From an uncultured Fibrobacteraceae bacterium (GTDB taxonomy: Bacteria > Krumholzibacteriota > Krumholzibacteriia > LZORAL124-64-63): a stretch of 64,000 nucleotides of DNA. Within the stretch, counting starts at the first letter, position 1. Each line of letters starts with the position of its first letter. Of the stretch, positions 54,642 to 64,000 are shown one piece after another. The stretch lies in NCBI GenBank assembly GCA_964343835.1, contig CAYFKR010000009.1:8927-72926 (forward strand), read 5' to 3'. Under the pieces are notes generated by a model that saw only the letters and a program-made list of their open reading frames with translations, was not told the DNA's origin and ran no database searches. The position numbers and the translations under genes were made by a program.

Positions 54642-56003
54642 GTGACTGCCAGCGACGATCGGACCGCCGTGGTCCGCATCGCCTTCCACACCCTCGGCTG
54701 CCGTCTCAACCAGTACGACACCGAGGTCATGAAGACCCGCCTGCCGGGCGACCTGCGCTGCGAGGTCGTGGACTGGGAGGAACGGGCCGACGTCTACGTC
54801 GTGAACAGCTGCACCGTCACGGGCAAGGCGGACCAGAAATGCCGCCAGCTCGCGCGCCAGGTGCGGCGGCGTTGTCCGGACGCCAAGATCGTCGTCACCG
54901 GTTGCTACGCCCAGACCCAGCCCGAGGCCCTGGCCGCCATGGACGAGCTGGACGGCGTGATCGGCATCGGCGAGCGCGAGGACATCCACCAGTGGCTCCC
55001 TCGTCTGCTGGAGGAGGAGCGGCGGCTGATCGAGGTCTCCCAGTACTCCAAGCGCCCCGCCTTCCGTGACCACCGCATCACCGACTTCGACGGCCGCACC
55101 CGCGCCTTCGTGAAGATCCAGGACGGCTGCGACCTGCGCTGCACCTACTGCCTGATCTGGAAGGCCCGCGGCCCCGGCCGCAGCCGCTCGCCCGAGGACG
55201 TCCAGGGACAGGTGGACGACCTGCGCCGCGCCGGCTTCACCGAGATCGTCCTGACGGGCGTCCACATGGGCAGCTACGGTCGCGACATCCGCTTCCGACC
55301 GGGCCTGGTGGGCCTGGTGGACCGCGTGGCCGCCGCCTTCCCCGATATGCGCTTCCGCATGAGCAGCATCCACCCCAACGAGGTGGACGAGGCGCTCCTG
55401 GGTCTCTTCAGGCGCCACATGAACCTGCGCCCGTATCTGCATGTCTCCATGCAGTCGGGGAGCGACACGGTTCTCCAGCGGATGCGGCGGCCCTACGCCG
55501 CTGCGGATGTGGAGCGGGCCGTCTGCGAAGCCGCGGAACTGGCGCCGGGGTTCGGGATCGGAGCCGACGTCATCGTGGGCTTCCCGGGGGAGACGGACGA
55601 GGAGTTCGAGGAGACCCGCGCCATGATCGAGCGGGCGCCGTTCAGCTACCTCCACGTCTTCCGGTACTCCTCGCGGCCCGGAACGAAAGCCGCCGAACTG
55701 AAGCCCTGCCACACCGAGACCGTGACCTCCCGCTCGGCCGTCCTCAGGGAACTGAGCGCCGCCAAGCGCCTCGCCTTCGAGCAGGGGCTGGTGGGGCGGA
55801 CCATCGAGGCCACCGTGGAGACCGACCGCCCCCGTCCCGGCTGGGTGCAGGCCACCACCGGCAACTACGCCACCGTCCAGGTTCCCGACACCTGGGCCCA
55901 GGGTTCGGCCGTGCTGGTCACGCCGGCCGGCTTCCACGACGGCGTGCTCTGGGCCGAGCGCGTCGAGACCGCAGGCCGCAAGGCCGACGGAGGTGCCGCA
56001 TGA
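54642..56003 (+). CDS. MiaB-like tRNA methylthiotransferase (MtaB/RimO type)
   Basis: UPF0004 N-domain Cys triad, radical-SAM CDLRCTYC, TRAM domain; GTG start with GGAGGTG RBS. Confidence 0.75.
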   Translation: MTASDDRTAVVRIAFHTLGCRLNQYDTEVMKTRLPGDLRCEVVDWEERADVYVVNSCTVTGKADQKCRQLARQVRRRCPDAKIVVTGCYAQTQPEALAAMDELDGVIGIGEREDIHQWLPRLLEEERRLIEVSQYSKRPAFRDHRITDFDGRTRAFVKIQDGCDLRCTYCLIWKARGPGRSRSPEDVQGQVDDLRRAGFTEIVLTGVHMGSYGRDIRFRPGLVGLVDRVAAAFPDMRFRMSSIHPNEVDEALLGLFRRHMNLRPYLHVSMQSGSDTVLQRMRRPYAAADVERAVCEAAELAPGFGIGADVIVGFPGETDEEFEETRAMIERAPFSYLHVFRYSSRPGTKAAELKPCHTETVTSRSAVLRELSAAKRLAFEQGLVGRTIEATVETDRPRPGWVQATTGNYATVQVPDTWAQGSAVLVTPAGFHDGVLWAERVETAGRKADGGAA

Positions 56004-57361
56004 GCGGATCCGCCCGCGACGGGCGCGTGAAGGTCTGGATCGAGACCTACGGCTGCCAGATGAACTCCTACGACACGTCGGCCATGTACGGCATCCTCGA
56101 GCGTCACGGCTACGTCCGCTCGGACACCCTGGAGATCGCCGACGTGATCCTGCTCAACACCTGTTCCGTCCGCGACCTGGCCGAACACAAGGTGAACAGC
56201 CGCGTGGGCGAGCTGCGCAGCATGCACCGCCGCGGCCTGACCCGTGCCGGCGTGGTGGGCGTGACCGGCTGCATGGCCGAGCGCCTGTCCGGAGACCTGA
56301 CCCGCGGCGAGCGCGGGGCCGACCTGGTGCTGGGCGTGGACCAGTACGAGCGGCTGCCCGAGATGCTCGACACCGTGCTGGGAGAGGACGCCCCCGGCGA
56401 CGTGGTGGCCACCGGCCACCGTGCCGACGTCCACTACGTGGCCCCTCCGGACGCCTACCCCACCAACAACTCGCACCTGGTGACCATCCACAAGGGCTGC
56501 GACTACAAGTGCACCTACTGCATCGTGCCCGCCACCCGCGGCCCCCAGCGCGAGAAGGCCCCTGACGTGATCGAAGACGAGATCCGCGCCATCGTGGATG
56601 CCGGCGGCACCGAGGTCACCCTGCTGGGGCAGAACGTCACGGCCTACCGGTCTCCCGACCTGGATTTCGCCGGGTTGCTGCGACGCGTCGACGCCATCGA
56701 GGGACTGCGCCGCGTGCGCTTCCTCACCGGTCACCCCTGCGACATGAACGAGGAACTGATGCGGGCGGTGGGAGAACTGCCCACGGTCATGCCCTGGCTC
56801 CACGTGCCGGCCCAGAGCGGCAGCGACCGCGTCCTGAAGCGCATGAAGCGCTACTACACCTCGTCCGACTACCTGCGCATGGTCGAGACCGCCCGGCGCC
56901 ACGTACCGGAGGTGACGTTCTCCGGCGACTTCATCGTGGGCTTCCCCGGGGAGACCGACGAGGACTTCCGCATGACCCTTGAGTTGGTCCGCGAGGTCCG
57001 ATACGATCAGACCTTCAACTTCAAGTACTCGGAACGACCGGGGACCCCGGCGGCCAAACTCGCCGACGACGTTCCCGTGGAGATCAAGAAGGAGCGCCTG
57101 GCCGCACTGATGGCCCTGCAGGAGGATGTCTGGGCCGCCATGGCCGCCGAAGCGGTGGGCGAGGTCTGGGACGTCGCGGTGGAGGAGGAGGCCCGTCGCC
57201 CGGAGGGCGCCTGGCGCGCCCGCTCCCCCCACAACCGCAAGGTCCTGCTGACCGATCACGACGGCCGGCTCGGAGAGGAACTCCGGGTGCGCATCACCGG
57301 CTGCCGGTCCACCACGTTCACCGGTGAGATCGTCGGAACGGAGGAACACGCATGTCCCTGA
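56000..57361 (+). CDS. miaB: tRNA-2-methylthio-N6-dimethylallyladenosine synthase
   Basis: MiaB signature (VWIETYGCQMNSYDT...NTCSVR), radical-SAM CDYKCTYC, TRAM; ATGA overlap with the upstream gene. Confidence 0.85.
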   Translation: MSGSARDGRVKVWIETYGCQMNSYDTSAMYGILERHGYVRSDTLEIADVILLNTCSVRDLAEHKVNSRVGELRSMHRRGLTRAGVVGVTGCMAERLSGDLTRGERGADLVLGVDQYERLPEMLDTVLGEDAPGDVVATGHRADVHYVAPPDAYPTNNSHLVTIHKGCDYKCTYCIVPATRGPQREKAPDVIEDEIRAIVDAGGTEVTLLGQNVTAYRSPDLDFAGLLRRVDAIEGLRRVRFLTGHPCDMNEELMRAVGELPTVMPWLHVPAQSGSDRVLKRMKRYYTSSDYLRMVETARRHVPEVTFSGDFIVGFPGETDEDFRMTLELVREVRYDQTFNFKYSERPGTPAAKLADDVPVEIKKERLAALMALQEDVWAAMAAEAVGEVWDVAVEEEARRPEGAWRARSPHNRKVLLTDHDGRLGEELRVRITGCRSTTFTGEIVGTEEHACP

Positions 57362-57666
57362 TCAAGTGGATCGTCGCCCTGCTCGTCGCGGTGGCCCTCG
57401 CGGTCCTGTTCGCCCAGAACAGCGGCCAGTCCGTGGACCTGCGCGCCTTCGGCCGCGAGTACCTGGACATCCCCCTGTACTACGTGCTCGCCGGCGCCTT
57501 CCTGCTGGGGATCGTCGTGAGCATGCTGCTCGGCGGGGTCCGCGAGATCCGGCTGCGCAACCGCATCCGCGGTCTCCAGAAGGACCTCCGCGAGCGCGAC
57601 ACGGAGATCGGCGAGCTCCGCTCCCTGCCGCTCCAGGACCTGGACGCCGGGGCCGACGAGCGATGA
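57352..57666 (+). CDS. lapA: Lipopolysaccharide assembly protein A-like (LapA/YciS, DUF1049)
   Basis: 104 aa, two TM helices plus C-terminal coiled-coil, immediately upstream of lapB. Confidence 0.6.
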   Translation: MSLIKWIVALLVAVALAVLFAQNSGQSVDLRAFGREYLDIPLYYVLAGAFLLGIVVSMLLGGVREIRLRNRIRGLQKDLRERDTEIGELRSLPLQDLDAGADER

Positions 57667-58838
57667 CCGCACCGGTGGAGATCGCCATCCTGGTGGTGGC
57701 CGCGGTCCTCCTGGCCGCGATCCTCTGGCTCGTGCTCCGTCGCAGCGGCGACGCTCCCGCCCAGGAGGACGCCTACACCCAGGGCCTCGAACTCTGGCTC
57801 GCCGGGGATCGCCCAGGCGCCGTGGACGCCATGCGGCGGGCCGTGGCCGTCGCCCCCCAGTCCGTGGACCCGTACCTGCAGCTCGGCCTCTTCCTGCGCC
57901 AGAGCGGCGACGCTCGCCGTGCCGCGGCCCTTCATCGTGGTCTGGCCGCCCGTCCCGGGCTGGACCGGGCCCAGCGCACGTCCATCGCCCTGGCCCTGGC
58001 CGAGGACCTCAACGACCTGGGCCGCTGGGACGAGTCCCGGGCCCTGCTGGACGACCTCCAGAAACGCAAGCCCGCCATGCCCCGCTTCTGGCACGCCCGC
58101 TTCCACCAGTGGCTCGGCCAGGAGAACCCCGACGAGGCCGCCCGCAGCCTCCGCGAGGCGGCCCGCCGTGCCGAGAAGGACCACCAGGAATCCTTCCACC
58201 GCCGCTGGCAGCTCTTCCAGCTCGACCGTGCGCTGGAGGCTGTCCGCGCCGAGGACGGCCGGGAGGTCCGACGCCTGCTGAAGGACGTGCCCGACGACGG
58301 TCCCTACGCCGCCCGCGTGGCCCACGTGCGCAGCCTCGCCAGGCTCGCCGACGGCGAACCCGAGCAGGCGGCGGAGATCGCCACCGCCGGCCTCCTGGAA
58401 GCGCCCGAGGAATCCGAGCTCCTGCTGCCCATCCTCCAGAAGTCGCTCCTGGAGAGCGGGCGCTACGAGCGCACCATCCCCATCCTCGAGAGCGCCTGCC
58501 AGTCGGACCGGGCGCCGGCATCGTTGTGGATCGCCCTGGCGCTGCTCCACGAGAAGGTGGGGGACCGGGAGATGGCCATCCGCCTGCTGGAGGGCAAGGC
58601 CGGCGACCAGCGCCTGACCCTCGCCGCCGCGGCGCCCTTCCTGCGCATCCTCGTGCACGATCTGCCGGACTGCGACTTCACCCGCATCTGGAGCGCCATC
58701 CACACGCGCACCGGCCCCGTGCAGTGGCACTGCAGCGACTGCAGCGGTTCGTGGTCCGAGGTGCACTGGTTCTGCCCCGACTGCCGGTCCTTCGACACCA
58801 TCGAACCGGGACCGGCCCGCGCGGCGGTGGACGGTTGA
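57663..58838 (+). CDS. lapB: Lipopolysaccharide assembly protein B-like (LapB/YciM: TM plus TPR plus rubredoxin-like C4 domain)
   Basis: N-terminal TM helix, TPR repeats, C-terminal WHCSDCSGSW...FCPDCRSF metal-binding motif. Confidence 0.7.
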   Translation: MTAPVEIAILVVAAVLLAAILWLVLRRSGDAPAQEDAYTQGLELWLAGDRPGAVDAMRRAVAVAPQSVDPYLQLGLFLRQSGDARRAAALHRGLAARPGLDRAQRTSIALALAEDLNDLGRWDESRALLDDLQKRKPAMPRFWHARFHQWLGQENPDEAARSLREAARRAEKDHQESFHRRWQLFQLDRALEAVRAEDGREVRRLLKDVPDDGPYAARVAHVRSLARLADGEPEQAAEIATAGLLEAPEESELLLPILQKSLLESGRYERTIPILESACQSDRAPASLWIALALLHEKVGDREMAIRLLEGKAGDQRLTLAAAAPFLRILVHDLPDCDFTRIWSAIHTRTGPVQWHCSDCSGSWSEVHWFCPDCRSFDTIEPGPARAAVDG

Positions 58839-59797
58839 TCCGCGCGGTCCTGACGACCTGCATGCTCCTGGCGGCGGCCGCCTCCGCGGCGGACTGGTCC
58901 GCCGTCCGCGAAGCCTGGAGCTCCGGCGACGTCCACGCCGCCCGGGATCTCCTGGCCGCCATGCCGGCCGAGGACCTGGCGTCGGTCGAGGGCGGCGCGT
59001 GGGCTTCGCTCCTGGCGTCCCGACCCGATCTCGCCGACAGTCTTTCCGCCTCCGATGAAGCCTGGATCGCCTGGGGCAGGGGCGACGCCCAGGGAGTCGT
59101 CGACGCCCTCGCCGTCCCGGGTGACGAGCCGCCCTCCGGCCACGGGCTCCTGCTTGGCCTGGCCCGTGTGCGCCTCGGCGACGCCGACGCCGCCCGCGAA
59201 TCCCTGGCCGGCGTCCGACCGGACGACCCCGGCTTCTCCTGGGCCCGCTACCTGCTCGGCCGCCTGGCCGTCGAGGACGGCGGCCCCGTGCTCGCCCGGC
59301 GCTACTACCGCAACGCCGAGGAGGCCGACCGGTCCGCCTGCCGGGCCGACGTCCTCGCCGCCGTCTGGGAACTGTCCCGCGACACCGACCCGCGGGAGGC
59401 GTCGCGCCTCCGCCGCGAGCTCATGAACCGCTTCCCCGACTCCCTCGCCATGATGCGCGTCCTGGAACTGGAGCGCCGCCGCGACGACGCCGAGCAGCGC
59501 TTCCAGGAGACGGAGGTCGTCGAGGCCGCGCCCGCGCCGGCTGTCGACGACGCCCGCTTCACGCTCCAGCTCGGCGCCTTCGGCGACCGTGGCCGGGCCC
59601 TGGGCCATCGTGACCGCTGCCGCGCCTGGCTCGACCCGGTCGAGGTGGAAGAGATCGACGGCGCCGACGGCCGGACCCTCTACCGGGTCCGCGGCGGACG
59701 TTTCGCCTCGCGCACCCACGCCGCCGAACAGGCGGCGGCCCTGTCCGCCGAGCACGGCGTGGAGGCCGTGGTGGTGGAGAGGAGCGCGGACCGGTGA
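58835..59797 (+). CDS. SPOR-domain (peptidoglycan-binding) protein with helical N-terminal region
   Basis: C-terminal SPOR-like domain (FTLQLGAFGDRGRA...YRVRGGRFASRTHAEQAA); TTG start overlapping the lapB stop (or ATG at 58862). Confidence 0.55.
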   Translation: MIRAVLTTCMLLAAAASAADWSAVREAWSSGDVHAARDLLAAMPAEDLASVEGGAWASLLASRPDLADSLSASDEAWIAWGRGDAQGVVDALAVPGDEPPSGHGLLLGLARVRLGDADAARESLAGVRPDDPGFSWARYLLGRLAVEDGGPVLARRYYRNAEEADRSACRADVLAAVWELSRDTDPREASRLRRELMNRFPDSLAMMRVLELERRRDDAEQRFQETEVVEAAPAPAVDDARFTLQLGAFGDRGRALGHRDRCRAWLDPVEVEEIDGADGRTLYRVRGGRFASRTHAAEQAAALSAEHGVEAVVVERSADR

Positions 59798-62454
59798 GCC
59801 CGAAGAAGTCCGACGGCGGCCCCAAGCTGACCCCCATGCTCGCCCAGTACATGGAGATCAAGAAGGACCATGCCGACGCGGTCCTCCTGTTCCGCATGGG
59901 CGACTTCTACGAGACCTTCTTCGACGACGCCGCCCGCCTGGCCGAGATCTGCGGCGTGACCCTCACCACTCGCGACAAGAACAGCGACCACCCCGTACCC
60001 CTCGCCGGCGTCCCGTACCACGCCCTGGACACCTACCTCGGGCGCCTGTTGAAGGCCGGCGTCACCGTCGCCATCTGCGAGCAGACCGAGGATCCGGCCC
60101 AGGCCAAGGGGTTGGTGAAGCGCGAGGTCGTGGAGGTCATCAGCCCGGGCACCCTGACCTCGCCCGAACTCCTGGGCGGCGATGCGGGCCATTACTGCCT
60201 GGCCTTCTCCGCGGCGACGTCCGGCCTCCACGGCTGGGCCATCCTCGACGCCTCCACCGGCGACTTCCGCTGTGGCGTGGACGACGGCGGCCTGATGACC
60301 CTGGCCGAGCGCTACGGGGCCCGCGAGATCATCGTGGCCGAGACCGTCGACCCCCAGGACCTGCTGGCCTGGCGCGCGGCTTTGCCCGGCGTCGTGATCA
60401 ATCCGGCGAGCGCGGCCTGGTTCCACCCGGGCTTCGCCGTGGACACCCTCTGCGACCACTTCGGCGTGCGCGACCTCTCGCCCTTCGGCCTCGATGCCGA
60501 GGTCCTGCAGCCCGCGGCCTGCGCCGCCGGCGCCGCCCTGCGCTACCTGACGACCCTGAACCTGCGCCGCCCGGACCAGATCACGTCGGTGCAGGTCACC
60601 GCGCGCGGATCGCGCCTGCAGCTGGACGAGGAGACCCTGCGCAACCTCGAGATCTTCCGCACCTTCCGCGGCGAGGTCGGGGAGGGGACCCTGATCCACC
60701 ACCTGGACGACACGGTCACCCCCATGGGGCGTCGACTCCTGGAGCGTCGCCTGGCCGAGCCCCTGACCGACCTGGACGTCCTGGCGCGCTGGCACGCCGG
60801 CGTGGACGGCTTCCGACAGGACCGCCCCTGGCGTGAATCCCTGCGGCTGATCCTCGGCCGCATCGGCGACCTGGACCGCTGGAGCGTCCGGGCGGCGTCG
60901 GGACGCCTGGGCCCGGCACGCACGCGCCTGCTGGGGGAGTCGATCCGCGCGGTGGAGGAAGCCGCCGCCTGCATCCGCGGCGCCGGTCACGACGACCACC
61001 CCGCCGTCGACGTCGTCGACGCCCTGCCGGACCTCCACGACCTCTCCACACGCATCCTCGACCTCATCGCCGAGCAGGCCCCGGCCCAGCTCAAGGCCGG
61101 CGACGTGGTCCGCCCCGGCTACGACGCCGACCTGGACGCCGCCAAGGCCGTGGCCAGCGACACCCGCGGCTTCCTGGCCTCCCTGCAGGCCGACGAGCGG
61201 GAGCGCACCGGCATCGGCAGCCTGAAGGTCGGCTTCAACAAGGTGTTCGGGTACTACTTCGAGGTCACCAACAAGCACCTGGACAAGGTCCCCGAGCACT
61301 ACGTCCAGAAGCAGACGCTGGTCAACGCGGCCCGCTTCCACACCCCCGAGCTGAAGGACGCCGAGCAGACGATCCTCGAGGCCGAGGAACGCATCCAGGC
61401 CCGCGAGCAGGAGCTCTTCACCGAGCTGCTCGGGGCCATCGGGGAGCGCCTGTCGGACCTGCGCCGCGCCGCGGACCGCACCGGCGAGCTGGACCTCATG
61501 TCCGCCCTGGCCGAGATCGCCGACCGTCGCGACTACTGCCGCCCCGTCTGCGACGACTCCGACGTGCTGGAGATCGTCGACGGCCGCCACCCCGTGGTGG
61601 AGCGCCTCATCGAGGGCGACTTCATCCCCAACGACACGCGCCTCGACTGCGGCGGCGACCAGATCGTCCTGCTGACCGGACCCAACATGGGCGGCAAGAG
61701 CACCTACCTGCGCCAGACGGCCCTGATCTGCCTCATGGCCCAGGCCGGCGGTTTCGTGCCGGCCAGGTCGGCCCGCATCGGCGTCACCGACCGCATCTTC
61801 ACCCGCGTCGGCGCCAGCGACAACGTGGCCCGGGGCCAGTCCACCTTCTTCGCCGAGATGAGCGAGACCGCCCGCATCCTCCACCAGTGCAGCCGCCGCT
61901 CCCTGGTGATCCTCGACGAGGTCGGCCGCGGCACCTCCACCCACGACGGTCTGTCGCTGGCCTGGGCCATCACCGAGTTCCTGCACCACGAGGACGGCCC
62001 GCGTCCCCGCACGATCTTCGCCACCCACTACCACGAGCTCACCGCCCTCGAGGGCGACCTCCCGCGCCTGGTGAACATGCGCATGGACGTGAAGGAGTGG
62101 GAGGGGAGGATCATCTTCCTCCACGCCGTCCGCCCCGGCTGCAGCGACAAGAGCTACGGCATCCACGTGGCGCGCCTGGCCGGCGTGCCGGAGACGGTGC
62201 TGCGCCGGGCCGAGACCCTCCTCGGCGAGCTCTCCCGCGGCGAACAGCGCATCCACGAGGCCGTGGGTTTCACCACCGGAGCCGACGGCCACGCCATGGC
62301 CGCCGAGGCCGGAGGCCACGCCCAGCTCTCCCTGTTCCACGACCGCGAACGCGACGTGCTGGACGACCTGAAGGAGCTGGACATGGACCACCTGAGCCCC
62401 ATGGACGCCTTCCTCTGGCTCGCCCGTGTCCGCAAGCGCCTCGATGATTCCTGA
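59794..62454 (+). CDS. mutS: DNA mismatch repair protein MutS
   Basis: Mismatch-binding N-domain (DFYETFFDDA), Walker A GPNMGGKST, C-terminal dimerization HTH; GTG start overlapping the upstream stop. Confidence 0.95.
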   Translation: MSPKKSDGGPKLTPMLAQYMEIKKDHADAVLLFRMGDFYETFFDDAARLAEICGVTLTTRDKNSDHPVPLAGVPYHALDTYLGRLLKAGVTVAICEQTEDPAQAKGLVKREVVEVISPGTLTSPELLGGDAGHYCLAFSAATSGLHGWAILDASTGDFRCGVDDGGLMTLAERYGAREIIVAETVDPQDLLAWRAALPGVVINPASAAWFHPGFAVDTLCDHFGVRDLSPFGLDAEVLQPAACAAGAALRYLTTLNLRRPDQITSVQVTARGSRLQLDEETLRNLEIFRTFRGEVGEGTLIHHLDDTVTPMGRRLLERRLAEPLTDLDVLARWHAGVDGFRQDRPWRESLRLILGRIGDLDRWSVRAASGRLGPARTRLLGESIRAVEEAAACIRGAGHDDHPAVDVVDALPDLHDLSTRILDLIAEQAPAQLKAGDVVRPGYDADLDAAKAVASDTRGFLASLQADERERTGIGSLKVGFNKVFGYYFEVTNKHLDKVPEHYVQKQTLVNAARFHTPELKDAEQTILEAEERIQAREQELFTELLGAIGERLSDLRRAADRTGELDLMSALAEIADRRDYCRPVCDDSDVLEIVDGRHPVVERLIEGDFIPNDTRLDCGGDQIVLLTGPNMGGKSTYLRQTALICLMAQAGGFVPARSARIGVTDRIFTRVGASDNVARGQSTFFAEMSETARILHQCSRRSLVILDEVGRGTSTHDGLSLAWAITEFLHHEDGPRPRTIFATHYHELTALEGDLPRLVNMRMDVKEWEGRIIFLHAVRPGCSDKSYGIHVARLAGVPETVLRRAETLLGELSRGEQRIHEAVGFTTGADGHAMAAEAGGHAQLSLFHDRERDVLDDLKELDMDHLSPMDAFLWLARVRKRLDDS

Positions 62455-62529
62455 CAACGTTCTCATGTTCGGGTTGACACCGCCGATGGGTTCGATGTTG
62501 GATCGTCCCAACCAGCGAGGTCGACACCC

Positions 62530-64000
62530 ATGAGGACCATCGCCCTGTACATGCCCGGCGAACGCGAGATCGATCTGCTGTCCCTGGTCCGGGACCGCGA
62601 CGACGTCTCGGTGCGCTGTGTCGTCGACCCCACCGGCATCGCCACGGGCACCCTCGTGGCCGAGGTCCTCGGCCTTCCCGTCCATCTCTCCTTCAAGGCC
62701 GCACGGCTGGATCCCGCCGACCGTCTCGTCGGTCCCGCCGCCGTGCTCGACGAGGCCCGCCGCGCCGCCGGCCGCGACGGCCACGAGGTGGACCTGGTGG
62801 ATACCGCCTCGTTCCTGGCCACCCTCGACCGCCCCGCCCCGGCGGCCGTGGAACCGGAACCCGCCGCAGCACCTCCGCAGCCTGCCGTGCCCGCGGCCGC
62901 CCGCTTGGATGAACCGGTCCGACCCGTGCCGCCCCCTGCCACGGACATCGACGAGATCGACCGTACCCTGGCCCGCATCGACGATGTCCTGGAACGCGAT
63001 CGCCTGCTGTCCTGGCTCATGTCCCTGGCCATGGAGGCCGTCGGAGCCGACGGCGGTTCCCTCATGCTCCGCGACCCCAACGGCGACGAGCTCTTCATCG
63101 CGGTGGCCCGAGGCCTGAGCGACGCCGTGCTCCGCCGCACCCGCGTGGCCGTGGGCAGCGGCATCGCGGGTCGCGTGGCCGAGAGCGGCCGGGCTGAGCT
63201 CGTGCTTTCCCGTCCGGGCGACAAGCCCCGGGAGAGGGGCCCCCTGTCGTCGGCGCTGTGCGTCCCGCTGACCGGCGGCGACGAGGTGCTCGGGGTCCTG
63301 AACCTCAGCCTCACGGCCGGCGTCGAGCCCTTCGGCGACGCCCACCTGGCCCGGGCCGAGGAGATCTCCGAGCGCATCGGCCGCATCCTCCAGCGCTTCG
63401 AGGGCGTGTCGCGCACCCGCGAGGGAGAGCTGCGCCAGCTCATCGCGCGCCACCTCATGACCTTCTCCGACGACGCCGACGACCTGGCCGCCGCCCTCGC
63501 CGGCTGGAGCGGCGCCCTGACCATGGACCTGGGCGCCGAGAGCGCGTCGCTGGCCGTCCTGCGCGATGACGGCACCCTGCTGCTGGCCGAAGGCGACGCC
63601 CTCGGCGAGACGCGCACCGGCACCATCCTGCAGTCCCACCCCGCCTGGGACGACGTCATCCGCACCGGTCGACCCGTGGTGGCCCGCCAGGCCACGGCCG
63701 ACGGCGACGACGAACTCTCCCTCTTCTTCCTGCCCGTCGGCCGCCCCCACCTGGGCGCCGTGCTGGGCATGACCTTCACCTCGTCGGAAGAGGCCCACCG
63801 CTTCCAGGGGCGCTCCGCGGCCGTCGTCGATCTGCTGGAGCGGCGCCTGCCGCCCCTGCTGCGCCGCTTCCGGCGCCGCGACCAGCTCCGGCGCCAGAAC
63901 GACCTCCTGACCCACCTCGCCGACCGGACCACCGACCCGGAGCGGGGCGACCGGACCATCAGGCTGACGGCCCTGCGCGTGGCGGCGGCGCGTATCGTGG
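62530..64000 (+). CDS. GAF-domain-containing signalling protein, 3'-truncated at the window end (absent from the ORF track)
   Basis: Hand translation from ATG 62530 is open to the window end; GAF-like region (GGSLMLRDPNGDELFIAVARGLSDAVLRRTRVAVGSGIAGRVAESGRAELV) and a possible second GAF. Confidence 0.6.
   Translation, partial: MRTIALYMPGEREIDLLSLVRDRDDVSVRCVVDPTGIATGTLVAEVLGLPVHLSFKAARLDPADRLVGPAAVLDEARRAAGRDGHEVDLVDTASFLATLDRPAPAAVEPEPAAAPPQPAVPAAARLDEPVRPVPPPATDIDEIDRTLARIDDVLERDRLLSWLMSLAMEAVGADGGSLMLRDPNGDELFIAVARGLSDAVLRRTRVAVGSGIAGRVAESGRAELVLSRPGDKPRERGPLSSALCVPLTGGDEVLGVLNLSLTAGVEPFGDAHLARAEEISERIGRILQRFEGVSRTREGELRQLIARHLMTFSDDADDLAAALAGWSGALTMDLGAESASLAVLRDDGTLLLAEGDALGETRTGTILQSHPAWDDVIRTGRPVVARQATADGDDELSLFFLPVGRPHLGAVLGMTFTSSEEAHRFQGRSAAVVDLLERRLPPLLRRFRRRDQLRRQNDLLTHLADRTTDPERGDRTIRLTALRVAAARIV

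Noticed and set aside
62454-62530. tRNA-like GGTTCGAT T-loop-like motif in the mutS-GAF intergenic region
   Set aside because: No matching acceptor or anticodon stems could be built. The region is only 76 nt and also has to hold the promoter and RBS.

Overview
This is a high-GC (about 70%) bacterial chromosomal segment. Almost all genes are on the + strand and very tightly packed, with many start/stop overlaps of 1-23 nt; only mltD and rpsT are on the - strand. The first ~9 kb is a flagellar type-III export operon (partial fliM, then fliN-fliO-fliP-fliQ-fliR-flhB-flhA-flhF), followed by fliA (sigma-28) flanked by three small unknown ORFs and a sigma-54 enhancer-binding activator resembling FleQ. 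After that come a PorV-like outer-membrane protein, mltD (-), a GGDEF diguanylate cyclase, comEC, purC-purH-guaA, a secreted M6-type metalloprotease with a T9SS/FlgD-Ig-like C-terminal sorting domain, slt, a CdsA-like membrane protein, secA, a small Smg-like ORF, topA, trmFO, xerC, hslVU, argF, a lipoprotein, dapF-dapA-dapB, rpsT (-), uvrC, xerD, trpS, scpA-scpB, a pseudouridine synthase, hisC, a short DAHP synthase, a cmk-plsC fusion, rpsA, two tandem methylthiotransferases, lapA-lapB, a SPOR protein, mutS, and a partial GAF-domain gene that runs off the 3' end and is absent from the ORF track. I found no rRNA, tRNA, CRISPR array, IS element, prophage, toxin-antitoxin pair or recognizable defence system; the long minus-strand ORFs are high-GC antisense artefacts. 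The most interesting signal is regulatory rather than a new system: a flagellar control block with a motif-degenerate FlhF, no FlhG, a sigma-28 with a C-terminal extension, and sigma-54 promoter matches upstream of fliP and fliA under a FleQ-like activator. Gene content (LPS assembly LapA/LapB, T9SS-type components, flagella, high GC) suggests a diderm of the Fibrobacterota-Chlorobiota-Bacteroidota (FCB) group, such as a Gemmatimonadota-like lineage; this is an inference only.
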